Below, piece after piece: positions 23,874 through 24,969 of a stretch of 24,969 bases of DNA (position 1 is its first letter; every line of letters starts with the position of its first letter). The notes under the pieces were generated by a model. That model did not search any database. It was not told the DNA's origin and worked only from the letters and a program-made list of their open reading frames with translations. The stretch covers positions 1 through 24,969 of IMG/VR virus record IMGVR_UViG_3300034152_001126; one strand, given 5' to 3'. This stretch comes from a virus (lineage: Duplodnaviria > Caudoviricetes). The position numbers and the translations under genes were made by a program.

Positions 23874-24969
23874 ATCTAAAGCTGCACTTATATTCGATAA
23901 GATGGAAAAACTATATGGTGATGATGGGTTGGGAAAAGTCATGGAAATTGCGACTATTTCCACGGGAAGTTACGCCCTGGACGATGCAATCGGTCCGTGG
24001 GGCATGCCGAGAGGAAGAATTGTTCAGTACGCTGGTAAGGAGAGTAGTGGGAAAACCTTTATGAGTTTGATGGCAATTAAACATTGGCAAAGCTTATCTC
24101 CTAACAACTGGGCTTATTTTATAGATGCCGAATGTGGATTTAATATTGGATGGGCCGAAATTCTTGGAGTAGATGTTTCTCCTGATCGTCTTAGACTATT
24201 ACGCTCTAACAATGGGGCTGAGATTTTCGAAAAACTATGTGGAGTACCACACAAAGAACCGGGAAAACCAAAGACCAAGCTTGGCTTGCTTGATATGGTA
24301 AAAGAATCTGGAGGTTCAGACGAATCTGGCCTAGGTATTATTGTTCTTGATAGTATTGCTGCAATGGCCCCGCCCCTAGAAATGGCAAGTCACTCGGGCA
24401 AATCTAATATGGCATTGTTGGCTAGATTTCTTCCGCCAGAACTTAGAAAGATTACTCCTTTACTTAGCGAAACTGGCGTGACATTTATTGCTATTAACCA
24501 GGTTAGAACTGATCCTGGAAAAATGTATGGTGATCCAACATCTACTCCTGGAGGAGCAGCTTGGAAGCATTATTGTTCTGTTATGGTTCATTTTCTAATG
24601 TCCGAGAGCAAAGATCGACAGATTTTTGATGAGGCTGGTGAACAGGTCGGTCACACATTGAAGGCTAGAATTGATAAAAACAGAGTTGGTCCGCCAAAGA
24701 GGATATGCGACCTTGATGTTAAATATGTAGAAGGCGTGGCTAATAAACATATAGAAATAGCTACTCTTGCTACTAAATATGGTGTTGTAAAAAGACCAAA
24801 CAACCGTACATATTTATATAATGAAGAGAAGATAGTTGGTAAAGACACTTATTATGAAGCTGTTTTAAATAACACTATACCTCAAGAAGAGTTGCTGATG
24901 AAAGTCAAGGAAGCAAAAAGTCAGGGTATGGAAGAAGTTCCTGTAGAATCTGAAGATGGAGTCTCATGG
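23866..24969 (+). CDS. recA: RecA/UvsX recombinase, 3' end beyond the window (absent from the ORF track)
   Basis: Manual translation from ATG 23866 (SD GGAGG): [18 protein letters not shown], Walker [14 protein letters not shown], Walker [24 protein letters not shown]. Open for 368 codons to the window edge. Confidence 0.95.
   Translation, partial: MAKSKAALIFDKMEKLYGDDGLGKVMEIATISTGSYALDDAIGPWGMPRGRIVQYAGKESSGKTFMSLMAIKHWQSLSPNNWAYFIDAECGFNIGWAEILGVDVSPDRLRLLRSNNGAEIFEKLCGVPHKEPGKPKTKLGLLDMVKESGGSDESGLGIIVLDSIAAMAPPLEMASHSGKSNMALLARFLPPELRKITPLLSETGVTFIAINQVRTDPGKMYGDPTSTPGGAAWKHYCSVMVHFLMSESKDRQIFDEAGEQVGHTLKARIDKNRVGPPKRICDLDVKYVEGVANKHIEIATLATKYGVVKRPNNRTYLYNEEKIVGKDTYYEAVLNNTIPQEELLMKVKEAKSQGMEEVPVESEDGVSW

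Noticed and set aside
758-24848. Remaining short minus-strand ORFs in the track
   Set aside because: All lie opposite well-supported + strand genes and show no recognisable motifs; treated as shadow ORFs.
1-24969. Genome-wide stop-codon reassignment (TAG or TGA)
   Set aside because: Conserved genes are full length under code 11, and TAG/TGA end genes at expected positions (sbcC, dnaE, sbcD).

Overview
All credible genes lie on the + strand, and many are translationally coupled (ATGA/TAATG overlaps). Together they form the DNA replication, recombination and chaperone module of what is most likely a large (jumbo-type) bacteriophage. Gene order: intein-containing FtsK/SpoIIIE ATPase (5' part missing), stand-alone CHC2 primase zinc finger, SbcD, SbcC, dNMP kinase, small and Fn3-like proteins, HNH endonuclease, Fe-S PD-(D/E)XK nuclease, sigma-70-family factor, a 662-aa zinc-ribbon protein, trigger factor, DnaE with two inteins, UvsY-like protein, gp32-like SSB, RuvC, DnaJ and RecA (runs off the right edge). 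The standout is DnaE intein 2 (16915-18045). It has no in-frame homing endonuclease. Instead, a complete zinc-finger + DUF559/Vsr-type endonuclease gene with its own Shine-Dalgarno is nested in the +1 frame, while the intein frame stays open across all ~274 overlapped codons. The same intein has non-canonical splice residues (Thr1, Ser-Asn C-terminus). Other structures: a 61-bp-arm fold-back at the left edge, an AACTTGG repeat palindrome, and an 11-nt complementarity between the SSB leader and the SSB terminator loop. All calls come from reading motifs by eye; no searches were run.
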